A stretch of DNA of 64,000 bases, taken from a virus. Positions 22,365 to 30,766 of the stretch are shown here, piece by piece; position 1 is the stretch's first letter; each line of letters starts with the position of its first letter. Under the pieces are notes generated by a model, which worked only from the letters and a program-made list of their open reading frames with translations, ran no database searches and was not told the origin of the DNA. The DNA lies in the IMG/VR virus record IMGVR_UViG_3300045988_103180; one strand, given 5' to 3'. A program made the translations under genes and the position numbers.

Positions 22365-22887
22365 TATACATAGTTTTGTTGATGATATGGCACAAGAGAT
22401 ATATAAAAATTTGGATAGGCCGCATAATCAGAATTGTGTCATAAGGGTTGCAAATGAGGATATGACTCTTCAAGAATGTCGTGCAGTTGTTTTACATTTT
22501 CAGAAAAAGGGTTTTGAAGCTACTTGGTATCAAAAAGATGATAAAAAGCCTATCATTGTAGTATCTTGGGGCTTGCCATTTGATATTGATGAAATTGATA
22601 CTATGTATAAAACTGGAATTCAATTGGTCAATGAGCCTTATAAAGTTGTACATCTGCTAGCAGAGTATATTCATTATGTTTATCTTTGTTCTTATAAGGA
22701 TATTTGCGTTATTCCTCTTGAGCGTTTAGATTATATTGCCGGTGATTATTTGACTTATAAAACATTTATAGACGCTCTTCAAGAAGCGGAAGAGAGTTAT
22801 TCATTAAAGATTTATACGGGTACTCTTGATGATGAAGATTGGGAATCTGAGTATATTTGTATCCAAAAGAAGGAACGAAATGGATAA
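22354..22887 (+). CDS. hypothetical protein
   Basis: 177-aa ORF overlapping upstream stop. Confidence 0.65.
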   Translation: MMNNIHSFVDDMAQEIYKNLDRPHNQNCVIRVANEDMTLQECRAVVLHFQKKGFEATWYQKDDKKPIIVVSWGLPFDIDEIDTMYKTGIQLVNEPYKVVHLLAEYIHYVYLCSYKDICVIPLERLDYIAGDYLTYKTFIDALQEAEESYSLKIYTGTLDDEDWESEYICIQKKERNG

Positions 22888-23131
22888 AATAGAAGAGTAT
22901 CGGTATAAACTCTTTGATTACATATATGAAGAGTTTGAAGGTGCGCCGCGAGGATTTTGTTGTATGTTTTCTGTTGAAGAGATTTATGAAGATATTGGTA
23001 TTTCTTGGCCTTATATCCGTTCAGCGCTTTCTTGCGCAATAAAAAATCTGGAGCAATGCGGCATACATATTTATGATAATTATTGTGATACAATTACTAG
23101 GGGCTATTTTCTAGCCAAGAAAATTAAATAG
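22880..23131 (+). CDS. hypothetical protein
   Basis: ORF 22826..23131 trimmed to ATG 22880 behind AAGGAA; terminator follows. Confidence 0.55.
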   Translation: MDKIEEYRYKLFDYIYEEFEGAPRGFCCMFSVEEIYEDIGISWPYIRSALSCAIKNLEQCGIHIYDNYCDTITRGYFLAKKIK

Positions 23132-23138
23132 TGTGGTA

Positions 23139-23175
23139 AAAGACCTGCGGCCTATGGCCGTGGGTCTTTTCTTTT
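23139..23175 (+). terminator. rho-independent terminator
   Basis: AAAGACCTGCGGCC-TAT-GGCCGTGGGTCTTT + T-run. Confidence 0.75.
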
Positions 23176-23177
23176 AC

Positions 23178-23206
23178 TTGACAAAATAGACGAAGTATGT
23201 TATACT
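23178..23206 (+). promoter_or_regulatory. promoter reading into the iteron region
   Basis: TTGACA-17-TATACT; no ORF before the iterons. Confidence 0.55.
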
Positions 23207-23334
23207 GTAGATGTGGTACAGTATCTTGGTGTCCGTGTGAAGTGTGCTTACGCGTTTTTGCGTATTAACTGACTAATGGCGCAAGTGCGCGGTAAATTAT
23301 CTTTAACGGACGAGACGGATTGGCAAATGACAAA

Positions 23335-23583
23335 ACCGCAGGTATTTTGGTGGGTATTTTTTTACTTTCGGAGTGATTAAAAAATGCACACCAGTATCAA
23401 AATGATTAAAAAATACACACCAGTCATTATTTCCGCAGGTACTTTGGTGGGTATTTTTTAATTTTAAATTTTTAGCGAAGTGAAAGGAGCGATTGGAAAG
23501 TTAAAAAATGCACACCAGTTAAGATAAAAAAGTGAAAAAATGCACACCAGTCCCTTCAAAATTGTTAAAAAATGCACACCCCT
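23335..23583. repeat. iteron array (putative origin of replication)
   Basis: TTAAAAAATGCACACCAGT-type direct repeats at 23377, 23406, 23501, 23533, 23565. Two degenerate inverted copies at 23335..23363 and 23434..23461. AT-rich tract 23583..23620 follows. Confidence 0.7.
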
Positions 23584-23651
23584 AATAAATTATATAATAA
23601 ATTATTTTAATAAATAATATGTCGTATACGTGTGTGCAAGGAAGGAGAAAT

Positions 23652-24503
23652 ATGACAGATAAAGAAGAAAGCCACAAAGCGCCCAAGCTGAGTTTTAGCG
23701 TAGACCCTGAGAAGTTAGAGAACAAAAATTGTGACTACAATGCGATGGGCAGTCTTATGTTGGATACTAAGTTGGAAAAAGACAATACTAGGATTCTATC
23801 TATGAAGGACAGTCGAGCGAGATTGAAAAGTGTAGGATTGACGAACTATCAGATTAGAAATGTCATGAGTTGTTTTGAATCATTGGATGTTATCAAGATA
23901 AATGGTATGAACGTTATCGTGCAGCCAGTGGAAGGACAGTATGTTACCATCCCCGTGGATACTGTTAGATTTTGTCTCAGTGCGTTAAGTGCGGATTGTT
24001 TCAAGACGTATTGCTATCTTAAAAGGTGGTATCAACTTCACGAAGCATTCTTTAAGGGCGGCGAGAACTATTTCTTTTCCCGCACTGAGATTTTGAAAGC
24101 TCTTGGATATTACAAGGATGCGAGAAATATTCGCAGAGTAGACGAATTCCTTATCGTACTTAGGGATGTCGGCCTTATCGAGTATGCGGAGAAGGCTGTA
24201 TACCGTAAGGGAAAGAAAGGTCTTTATACTGAATTGTATAAGGTAAATGACTATGCACGTGCGCAAAAGGAATCTATCGAGAATACGCTGAGAGAAATGA
24301 AAGTCTATACTGATTTAGGGTATATGAATTTGCAAGAGATTAGAGAGCATTATTTGTCGATGGATGAAGAGAGGGGAGATACTTGGCTAAAATTTGTCGC
24401 AAGGTTTGCAGACCGTGCTAAAGATAAAGATAAGGTGAATGCTATACTTGCTCTTTCCAATAAGAAGTTAGAGCTTGGTAATTTCTGTGATGATATAAAA
24501 TAA
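23652..24503 (+). CDS. putative origin-binding / replication initiator protein
   Basis: ORF trimmed to ATG 23652 behind GGAAGGAG; immediately downstream of iterons and an AT-rich tract; function is from context only. Confidence 0.6.
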   Translation: MTDKEESHKAPKLSFSVDPEKLENKNCDYNAMGSLMLDTKLEKDNTRILSMKDSRARLKSVGLTNYQIRNVMSCFESLDVIKINGMNVIVQPVEGQYVTIPVDTVRFCLSALSADCFKTYCYLKRWYQLHEAFFKGGENYFFSRTEILKALGYYKDARNIRRVDEFLIVLRDVGLIEYAEKAVYRKGKKGLYTELYKVNDYARAQKESIENTLREMKVYTDLGYMNLQEIREHYLSMDEERGDTWLKFVARFADRAKDKDKVNAILALSNKKLELGNFCDDIK

Positions 24504-24781
24504 CTCGTGTTTTGCACTCGTTTAGAAATGACGTATGTTTGATTATGAATAGTGTCTGAAAGCTGGAGAGAAAGCCCATATAGGGTTAAAAATGATTACA
24601 CTGCCTAATTCATTGAAGTGCGCATTTTACCAGTTCAGCAAACCAATGTCAAGAAAAAAATTTTTTAGCACAACCTTTTTAATTTTCGATTCCAATTACA
24701 AAAACGAATTTCATTTCCAAATGAAAACGATTTCCATTTCGCTTTTCATTTTCAAAACCAAAATTCATCTTGAAAAAGTTC

Positions 24782-24810
24782 TTGCGGTCAGTGAAAACTT
24801 ATAGTATAAT
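24782..24810 (+). promoter_or_regulatory. early-class promoter
   Basis: aaaaagttcTTGCGG-17-TATAATata. Confidence 0.65.
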
Positions 24811-24872
24811 ATAATTAAAGAAAGGGAGGGGATAAGAAACCTCCCGTGGGTTCCAAGAGAAAGAAGATTAAC

Positions 24873-25208
24873 ATGACCCAGTTCGAGATTTACAACACTA
24901 TCAAGTCTGCCATGTCTGACAACGCCGAGGTGGTTGAGTTCTGCGATAAGCAGCTTGCGGCTATCGAGCGCAAGCGCGCCAAGGATGCTGAGAAGTCCGC
25001 AGAGAAGCAGGCTTTCCTTGACGAGATTTACGCAGCTCTCAAGTCTTTTGACGAGCAGGCGGGAGCCACCTCTAAGGCCGTAGCCATGCACATGGGCGAG
25101 GATGTCAGCTCCCGCAAGGTCGCAGCCAACATGCGTTTCCTCGTTGAGGATGGTCGTGCCGAGAAGGTGGCGGTGAACAGCAAGACCTTCACGTACAAGG
25201 CTCTGTAG
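24873..25208 (+). CDS. hypothetical protein, possible winged-helix C-terminus
   Basis: ORF trimmed to ATG 24873; promoter 24782..24810; GC-rich codons unlike the upstream genes. Confidence 0.65.
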   Translation: MTQFEIYNTIKSAMSDNAEVVEFCDKQLAAIERKRAKDAEKSAEKQAFLDEIYAALKSFDEQAGATSKAVAMHMGEDVSSRKVAANMRFLVEDGRAEKVAVNSKTFTYKAL

Positions 25209-25319
25209 CGAAATATTTAATAGGTAGGGTCTACTTATTAGAGTTTTTAATTAGAAGGGCCGTGGAGTCCATTTGATGAGACTCCCGGCCTATTCCAAGA
25301 GATAGAAGGAAGTAAGCCT

Positions 25320-25691
25320 ATGCGGCACACCTACTATGATATGAAAGGTAACGAGCATACCATAGAGATTCCTAACGAGTATATCGAGTCCAAGAGACAG
25401 CAGGCAATACTCAAGGCAAGCGCGGCCAACCTCTATCTGCTAGAGCATGGCATCGAGTATGACGCAGCATACAGGCCTGATACAGACAAGAAGGAGAAGA
25501 AAGTGTCTGAAAAGCAATTGATTATGAATTCCATTGCGGACGCACTGGGAGAGCTTACCATGACCACCAGTGACTGGGAGGATTCCCCACACGGTATCGA
25601 GGTCGGCGATGATGGTAAAATCCGATTCATTCTCAATTCCAAGACGTATGAGATGTCTATGGTATGCAAGCGTAAGCCCAAGGCAAAATAA
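25320..25691 (+). CDS. hypothetical protein
   Basis: 123-aa ORF behind leader ttccaagagatagaagg. Confidence 0.65.
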   Translation: MRHTYYDMKGNEHTIEIPNEYIESKRQQAILKASAANLYLLEHGIEYDAAYRPDTDKKEKKVSEKQLIMNSIADALGELTMTTSDWEDSPHGIEVGDDGKIRFILNSKTYEMSMVCKRKPKAK

Positions 25692-25826
25692 GATTGATTT
25701 TCAAATGCGGCCAAAATTTTTGGGCAGGAAAGTGTAATTTACACTTTAATAAAAACATATATTAAAAAAACACTTTTTAAATGTAACTAATTTAGTCACA
25801 TTTCCGCATTGATTTTCACTTACAAA

Positions 25827-25852
25827 AAGCGTGTGCCGCACGCTTCTTTTTC
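25827..25852 (+). terminator. rho-independent terminator
   Basis: AAGCGTG-TGCCG-CACGCTT + T-run. Confidence 0.65.
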
Positions 25853-26017
25853 TTCTGTCTCTTGGTTTATGTGAACCTATTTTATGACGCGCAAGCGCGC
25901 CTTTGGCGATTGATTCTCACTTTCTATTGGCTCTAGAAGTCACACAGGGGTACGCAAAAATGATTAAAATTCATTTTAGAACGCTCTCTTGGTAGGTGCC
26001 AGTTCTGTCCCTTCTCG

Positions 26018-26054
26018 CCATATAGGCGGGGAGGGATTTTTTTTATTTAATTTT
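26018..26054 (+). terminator. rho-independent terminator in ORF-free region
   Basis: TCCCTTCTCGCC-ATATA-GGCGGGGAGGGA + T8. Confidence 0.6.
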
Positions 26055-26186
26055 ATGATTGACTTTCGTTTTAGGATTTTGAGAGCGCTATGGCGCAGGC
26101 CCCCAAAATCTACATAAATTCGCCATATACGCGAACGGCGGCGGCAGGTCCAAATATGGTATTATTGTATAGTGTTCCTTTATTAT

Positions 26187-26215
26187 ATTATACCATACAA
26201 TTCCCTATTTGTCAA
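26187..26215 (-). promoter_or_regulatory. minus-strand promoter reading into an ORF-free region
   Basis: minus strand TTGACA-17-TATAAT. Confidence 0.55.
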
Positions 26216-26477
26216 GACTCTTCACAGAACCAACACGGAATCTCCACAAATAATAGTTAGGTACCTCACAATGATTCGGAGTTAACCTAGGGTAACACTT
26301 GCTCGGGTCGCTCTGTACCTAACTTAATTTTTTTCACGTGTGCGGCCCTGTAATAGCCCTAGAACGGGCGATAGCCAAAAGTGCCTAGGAACGCAAGGGC
26401 ATAGGCCGCAAGGCCGTTAAAACGCGTTTCAGGCGCTCAGTTTTTTGTATAAAAGTTGTGTTTTTGCTTGAAAAATC

Positions 26478-26507
26478 TTGACAATAAGGTACCTAATCGT
26501 GTAAAAT
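26478..26507 (+). promoter_or_regulatory. island plus-strand promoter with no downstream gene
   Basis: TTGACA-18-TAAAAT then CCAACTATGG box (26512..26521); transcript would end at terminator 26625..26658. Confidence 0.55.
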
Positions 26508-26624
26508 CGACCCAACTATGGAATTTCTGTGAATTTTTTTTAAAATATCTTGATTTTTCCGCTCATTTGTGCTAGGCAAGGAGATCTTTTTCCTACCTTT
26601 TCAGTAGGAATTAAACGCAAAATA

Positions 26625-26658
26625 AAGCGCCCTACTTTTAAAGTAGAGCGCTTTTATT
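26625..26658. terminator. bidirectional terminator hairpin
   Basis: AAGCGC(C)CTAC-TTTTAAA-GTAG(A)GCGCTT flanked by A-run and T-run. Confidence 0.6.
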
Positions 26659-26666
26659 TAATTGTG

Positions 26667-26930
26667 TTATTTTATTGTAAATTGCGTTATGAGCGCTTGC
26701 GCGCATTGCGTGAGCGTTTCGGCGTTTTCCGTTTCGCCACTTGCGTAGGCGTTGCCCGCCAAATGCGTGAGGTCGTGTACTATCTTATGAATCTCGGTAG
26801 GTAGCAAAACTACCTTGCCGCTTTTCATCGCGTTTAGGTGGTGGGCTTGCAAGTCGTGCCCTAGCTTGCGGAGTTCCGTATCGGGCAAGTTTCCGAATAC
26901 CTCAATTAATGCCGCGCGTCTGTAATCCAT
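26667..26930 (-). CDS. small AHH-motif (HNH/EndoVII-superfamily-like) nuclease-domain protein
   Basis: 87 aa; LQAHHLNAMKSGKVVLLPTEIHKIVHD fits the AHH..N/G..LP..H...H pattern; AAGGA SD. Confidence 0.5.
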   Translation of the reverse strand: MDYRRAALIEVFGNLPDTELRKLGHDLQAHHLNAMKSGKVVLLPTEIHKIVHDLTHLAGNAYASGETENAETLTQCAQALITQFTIK

Positions 26931-27005
26931 CGGCTAGCCGTCCTTATGCTGTGCTATAGGTGCAAGGGTAAGGTGGGCGGGGTTTGCTCCGCCCACCCTA
27001 GGCGA

Positions 27006-27437
27006 CTACGCTACGATGGCATAGGCCATCTTGTTTCCGATGGGTGCAACCTTGGTAGCGCGCTTATCGAGCATGAGCAACCCGACAATTTTTGCGGCCT
27101 TGGGCGCAGACGTTACCACGCTCGGGAACTCTGCCATAACCTCGGCGAGCGTGAATGGCTCGCCGTTCGCGTGAGCTGCCGCGAGCTTTTCGGCTGTTGC
27201 ACGGTTTTCAAGCGCCGTCTTGCTCGGCGCTTTGGGCTTGGCTGCGTTCTCCTTGAGCACATGGTACTTATGCGAAACCTTGCGGTCAAAGTTCTCGACA
27301 GTATGAACGTCTGCCTTATAGGTATCGCCAAGAACCTCACGAATGAGGTCATCGGTCACGCCCTTGGTGCCGCCTTTGGCAAGGACCGCGAACATCTGGT
27401 AGTCGGTGAACTGAAACTTGGTGCGAGTGGTAGCCAT
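27006..27437 (-). CDS. hypothetical protein
   Basis: 143 aa; island promoter 27517..27545 and leader GGGGTTAGCTATG; overlapping + ORF 26946..27443 is Cys/Arg junk. Confidence 0.7.
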   Translation of the reverse strand: MATTRTKFQFTDYQMFAVLAKGGTKGVTDDLIREVLGDTYKADVHTVENFDRKVSHKYHVLKENAAKPKAPSKTALENRATAEKLAAAHANGEPFTLAEVMAEFPSVVTSAPKAAKIVGLLMLDKRATKVAPIGNKMAYAIVA

Positions 27438-27516
27438 AGCTAACCCCTATCCGTCCCCGAGACGCGAGCGAGCCGCCGTTCGGCTCTTTTTTCTCTGTCC
27501 CCTTTGGACAACTATT

Positions 27517-27545
27517 ACTTTACTATTGCATAGACTTTTTGGCAA
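27517..27545 (-). promoter_or_regulatory. island minus-strand promoter (gene 27006..27437)
   Basis: minus strand TTGCCA-17-TAAAGT followed by AGTTGTCCAAAGG leader box. Confidence 0.55.
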
Positions 27546-27797
27546 GAACTATTTTAAAAAATATGGAGGAATCATGGAAACCCCAGGTAGATGGCCTAGT
27601 TTTTTCAGATTCTCAAAATATTTTGGCCCCAACCTCGGGGCTACGGTTGTTTAAACAAGTGCATTTGAAATATTTCAAAACTTAAAACGCTTCAATCGGC
27701 GTTACCCTAGGCTAACTTTAAAGCGTTTTAATTATTGAAGCGTTTCAATCGGGATTTGTGAAGGAAATATGTTTTCAAAAAAATCTGAAAATAATGC

Positions 27798-27826
27798 TTG
27801 ACAAAACCATTCTGGCGTGATAAAAT
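27798..27826 (+). promoter_or_regulatory. island plus-strand promoter with no downstream gene
   Basis: TTGACA-17-TAAAAT then CCATAAATGG hairpin. Confidence 0.55.
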
Positions 27827-27852
27827 TTTTTGCGCCATAAATGGCGTCTTGG

Positions 27853-27874
27853 ATAGTTTACCTAGGTAAACTAT
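27853..27874. promoter_or_regulatory. 22-bp perfect palindrome ATAGTTTACCTAGGTAAACTAT (operator-like)
   Basis: Perfect dyad; related half-palindromic copies GTT(T)ACCnTAGsTAAC at 26281, 27701, 27908, 29452. Confidence 0.5.
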
Positions 27875-27883
27875 TTTAATTAG

Positions 27884-27895
27884 TTAGGTACCTAA
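27884..27895. promoter_or_regulatory. 12-bp perfect palindrome TTAGGTACCTAA (operator-like, multi-copy)
   Basis: Further full or partial copies at 26257..26268, 26315..26322, 26485..26496, 27941..27949, 29470..29480. Confidence 0.5.
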
Positions 27896-28106
27896 CAATG
27901 ATTCACGGTTTACCATAGCTAACTTCTTGCCGGATAATGCGGTACCTAAATAAAAAAATATCGCCATAGCGGCCATGAGACGCGTTTTAAGGTGCCATTA
28001 GGCCAAAGTCCTTATTTTAATAAAGGGGTTTGCCGCACGCCCTAGAGCGCTAGAATCGCTTTTGCTCATAGTAAAAGAAAAGGGAGCCGTTAGGCTCCCC
28101 ATTCGT

Positions 28107-28820
28107 CTAAAGGTCAAGTGTTTTAAATGCCGCGCTTGCGTCTCGCCAACCTTGACCACGCGAACCGTGGCGCGTCTTTTTGTGCTTTGCCTTTGCCGCA
28201 AGCAAAATAGCTGCCTCAATACGTGCGTCTGAAAGCGCGGTGTGGTCCTCGGTAAAGTCGTGTTCACTGTTGATAAAGCGGTACACGCTTTCCGCACTAG
28301 TTGACGGGTTTCCGCTAGGCGTGAACGCTCCCGTTGCTACGCAATACTTTAGATAGCGCTTAGAGCTGGTAATGTTGCTTGCGTAGTCCCAAACGTCTTT
28401 AAGTCGTAGTTTAAAGGGCATGAACCACGTAGCGAAACCGTTTGAATACGTGCGCAACGTGTTGTTTAGCGCTATCTCGTCAAATCGACAATTGTACGCC
28501 CACGCGCTTTTAACGTTGCACTCTTTACAATCAGCTTTGAACGTGCGCCAAACCTCATTAAAAGACGATTCGACCCACTCACCCGTTTTAATTCCCTCAA
28601 GATAGGTAGGGATTTTATCGGCGTAGTAGGCGCTTTTCATGAGGTCAATTTGATAAAACGTATCAGTGACCACAAACGAACGCTCACGAATAGCGTTATT
28701 GTCGTTGTCGCGGATAGTATAGCCAAAGTCGTAAACCAAAGACGTCTCGGGGTGCGCCTTGTTATCCTTGTGGTTGACGGTTGGAGCGGTTTCACAATCC
28801 AAAACACAGAAGTTAGCCAT
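28107..28820 (-). CDS. DEDDh 3'-5' exonuclease (DnaQ-like fold)
   Basis: Exo motifs VLDCET, YNCRFDE, HTALSDARIEA (H-x4-D); start trimmed to ATG 28820 behind GAAAGG. Confidence 0.8.
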   Translation of the reverse strand: MANFCVLDCETAPTVNHKDNKAHPETSLVYDFGYTIRDNDNNAIRERSFVVTDTFYQIDLMKSAYYADKIPTYLEGIKTGEWVESSFNEVWRTFKADCKECNVKSAWAYNCRFDEIALNNTLRTYSNGFATWFMPFKLRLKDVWDYASNITSSKRYLKYCVATGAFTPSGNPSTSAESVYRFINSEHDFTEDHTALSDARIEAAILLAAKAKHKKTRHGSRGQGWRDASAAFKTLDL

Positions 28821-28895
28821 TTCAATACCTTTCAACTAGGCTTAACTTATTACACTAACTAGTATAGCGTTTTTTGTTGTTGCGTCAACCGTTTA

Positions 28896-29393
28896 TTATT
28901 CTACATATTTCCAACAAAAACCGTAGGCGTTATCTCTTCTGCCTTTGCAAGCGGCTGTAATGTTACAATGCCCGTCACGTTTGCCCAACCATCTTTCAGC
29001 GTCCGCAACACCACCAAAACGTTTAAGCGGTTGTTTTGTTTCTTTATCTAACATTAAAACAGGAACCGCTAACGTAATACCAATTCGTTTGTTTCTAGTA
29101 CCATAATTTGAATTTAAATAAGGCGTTGACCATTCAAGATTAGAAACGTCATTATTTTTTGGGTTTTCGTCTAAATGGTTGATTTGTTCCCAATGGTTTG
29201 GATTAGGTATAAACATTGTGGCTACTAATTTGTGCAATCGCCAATAATGCTTTTCACCATGCACACTTAGGACAATAGAGTAATATCCCTTTTTGTCTAA
29301 TTTTGGTTTCATAAAATCATTTATATTTTTGGAATAAACTCTACCATCTGAATAAATAATATAATTGTGGTTATCAGGGTATTCTTTTGTCAT
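28896..29393 (-). CDS. HNH homing endonuclease (NUMOD4 / HNH_3-type)
   Basis: YIIYSDGRVYS, HKLVATMFIPNP, INHLDENPKNNDVSNLEWSTP..N, C-terminal GFCWKY; more AT-rich than flanks. Confidence 0.8.
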   Translation of the reverse strand: MTKEYPDNHNYIIYSDGRVYSKNINDFMKPKLDKKGYYSIVLSVHGEKHYWRLHKLVATMFIPNPNHWEQINHLDENPKNNDVSNLEWSTPYLNSNYGTRNKRIGITLAVPVLMLDKETKQPLKRFGGVADAERWLGKRDGHCNITAACKGRRDNAYGFCWKYVE

Positions 29394-29659
29394 TACTATA
29401 ATATCCTCCTTTCGTTAAGTATAGTATAGCATAAAAATATAAAATTGTCAAGTTTACCTTAGCTAACTCAAGGTACCTAACTGTAGAGAACGTGTCGCCG
29501 TTTGCGTAGCAAACGCCGGGGTCGGCGCATTCTGCGCCAACACCGAAGTCATAATGAGTAGGCTATGTTCGGTGCCATTGTCCTCCCGACCAAGGTTAGT
29601 ATAGCACTTTCAGGACGTGCAGCACGCGAAAAAAAGAAAAAGTTTTTTTAATTTTTCTC

Positions 29660-29688
29660 TTGCTTTTGGTTGTGTATTGTGGTAAAAT
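29660..29688 (+). promoter_or_regulatory. island plus-strand promoter with no downstream gene
   Basis: TTGCTT-17-TAAAAT then CCAACTATGG (29694..29703) and terminator 29713..29736. Confidence 0.5.
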
Positions 29689-29734
29689 CGCCGCCAACTA
29701 TGGCGTAATGGAAAAGGCACCTTAGTAGGTGCCT

Positions 29735-29881
29735 TTACATTAAAGCGTAGTTAAAGTACATAAAGAAGAGAAGAATAACGCCCCAATCAGTAATACCTAG
29801 AAATAATAAAACCAAACCAACGCAACCAATCGCAACAAGCGCCCACTTGATAGCGTTGTACGTCTTTACTGTTACTTTCAT
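29735..29881 (-). CDS. small membrane protein (48 aa)
   Basis: Hand-translated MKVTVKTYNAIKWALVAIGCVGLVLLFLGI...; AGGTG SD; downstream of palindrome 29894..29913. Confidence 0.45.
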   Translation of the reverse strand: MKVTVKTYNAIKWALVAIGCVGLVLLFLGITDWGVILLFFMYFNYALM

Positions 29882-29893
29882 TTGTCACCTACC

Positions 29894-29913
29894 AATGTTT
29901 CACGTGAAACATT
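29894..29913. promoter_or_regulatory. 20-bp perfect palindrome AATGTTTCACGTGAAACATT
   Basis: Perfect dyad upstream of minus-strand small ORF 29735..29881; second copy with 14-bp core at 32320..32333. Confidence 0.5.
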
Positions 29914-29938
29914 AGGGGAGCGTTGCCGCTCCCCAGCT

Positions 29939-30421
29939 CTATTCTAGCTCTTGGATAATAAGAGATTCTAGCGCGTCTAGCAAAGTAGTTTCGTCTTTAA
30001 TACGTACCGCCTTACCGCTTGACGTATCACGTTGCCATGCGTGGACGTTACCACTTTCATCGTCAAATAAAATGCCGCCCTTGTAGTTTGATACGCGCCA
30101 CTTGTTAGTGCCATGTTTGACCACGTGGACGTTATTCAAGTCGATAGCAGGGTAGTATTTGCGCAACCATGCGCGTTTATTCTTGCGTACCGCGCTATCA
30201 AATTGCTTAGTAGTCTTGCCTTTTGCCAACCAACTAACGACCTCGACCGCATAGCCGTAGCCCTGTAAAGCGGCAAGCAAACCGTTTAGCTTCTTGTAGT
30301 CTCCTAAAGGCTTAGCGATTAGGTAAGGCGCGGCGTTTTCTGCTTGCAACATAGGCAACCACCCGTTGACGTTGTAAAAATCACAAAGAGTGCCGTCCAA
30401 ATCTAAAACAATTGCTTTCAT
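29939..30421 (-). CDS. HAD-superfamily phosphatase (5'-nucleotidase-like)
   Basis: Motif I LDLDGTL, motif IV FDDE; 160 aa. Confidence 0.7.
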   Translation of the reverse strand: MKAIVLDLDGTLCDFYNVNGWLPMLQAENAAPYLIAKPLGDYKKLNGLLAALQGYGYAVEVVSWLAKGKTTKQFDSAVRKNKRAWLRKYYPAIDLNNVHVVKHGTNKWRVSNYKGGILFDDESGNVHAWQRDTSSGKAVRIKDETTLLDALESLIIQELE

Positions 30422-30546
30422 TATTCCACTTTCAAAGAGTGGGTAGGGCTTGCGCCCTACCCTTTGACTAACTAAAGACGCTTACCCTTACAAACGTACT
30501 CAAGATTAACGTTGTAGTCGAACTCTTCGCCCAACTCACGCACACG

Positions 30547-30711
30547 CTAAACGGAACTGTCAAGCTCTTTAGAATCTTCGCCACAATCCATGCGGGCAGC
30601 AACGATAGCAGCGGCGAGATTTTGCTCGCTATCAGCTTCAACGATAAAGTTATCGTAATCGTCAAGCGGATAGTCCGCGTCAATACCGTTAACAGAAACG
30701 AAATACAACAT
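30547..30711 (-). CDS. small acidic protein (54 aa) ending at an in-frame TAG
   Basis: Hand-translated MLYFVSVNGIDADYPLDDYDNF...; GGAG SD; track ORF 30468..30716 is in another frame and not protein-like. Confidence 0.4.
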   Translation of the reverse strand: MLYFVSVNGIDADYPLDDYDNFIVEADSEQNLAAAIVAARMDCGEDSKELDSSV

Positions 30712-30766
30712 AACAAACTCCAATTCTAAAGGCGGGCGGGGAATACCCCGCCCTAGCTATCAGAAA

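Noticed and set aside
24592-24804. 70-aa ORF in the AT-rich spacer before promoter 24782..24810
   Set aside because: It is low-complexity (F/K/I/S), has no SD and overlaps the promoter. The spacer instead shows T-tract repeats (TTTCATTTCC, TTTCCATTTC, TTTTCATTTTC) that look regulatory or structural.
26946-27443. 165-aa plus-strand ORF
   Set aside because: It is Cys/Arg/Gly-rich and non-protein-like, with no SD. The antisense ORF 27006..27437 has a promoter, a conserved leader and sensible composition.
27998-28297. 99-aa minus-strand ORF overlapping the 3' part of the exonuclease gene in another frame
   Set aside because: It is Arg/Thr-rich and lies inside a gene with clear DEDDh motifs. The same reasoning applies to 28420..28605, 28637..28825 and 28650..28862.
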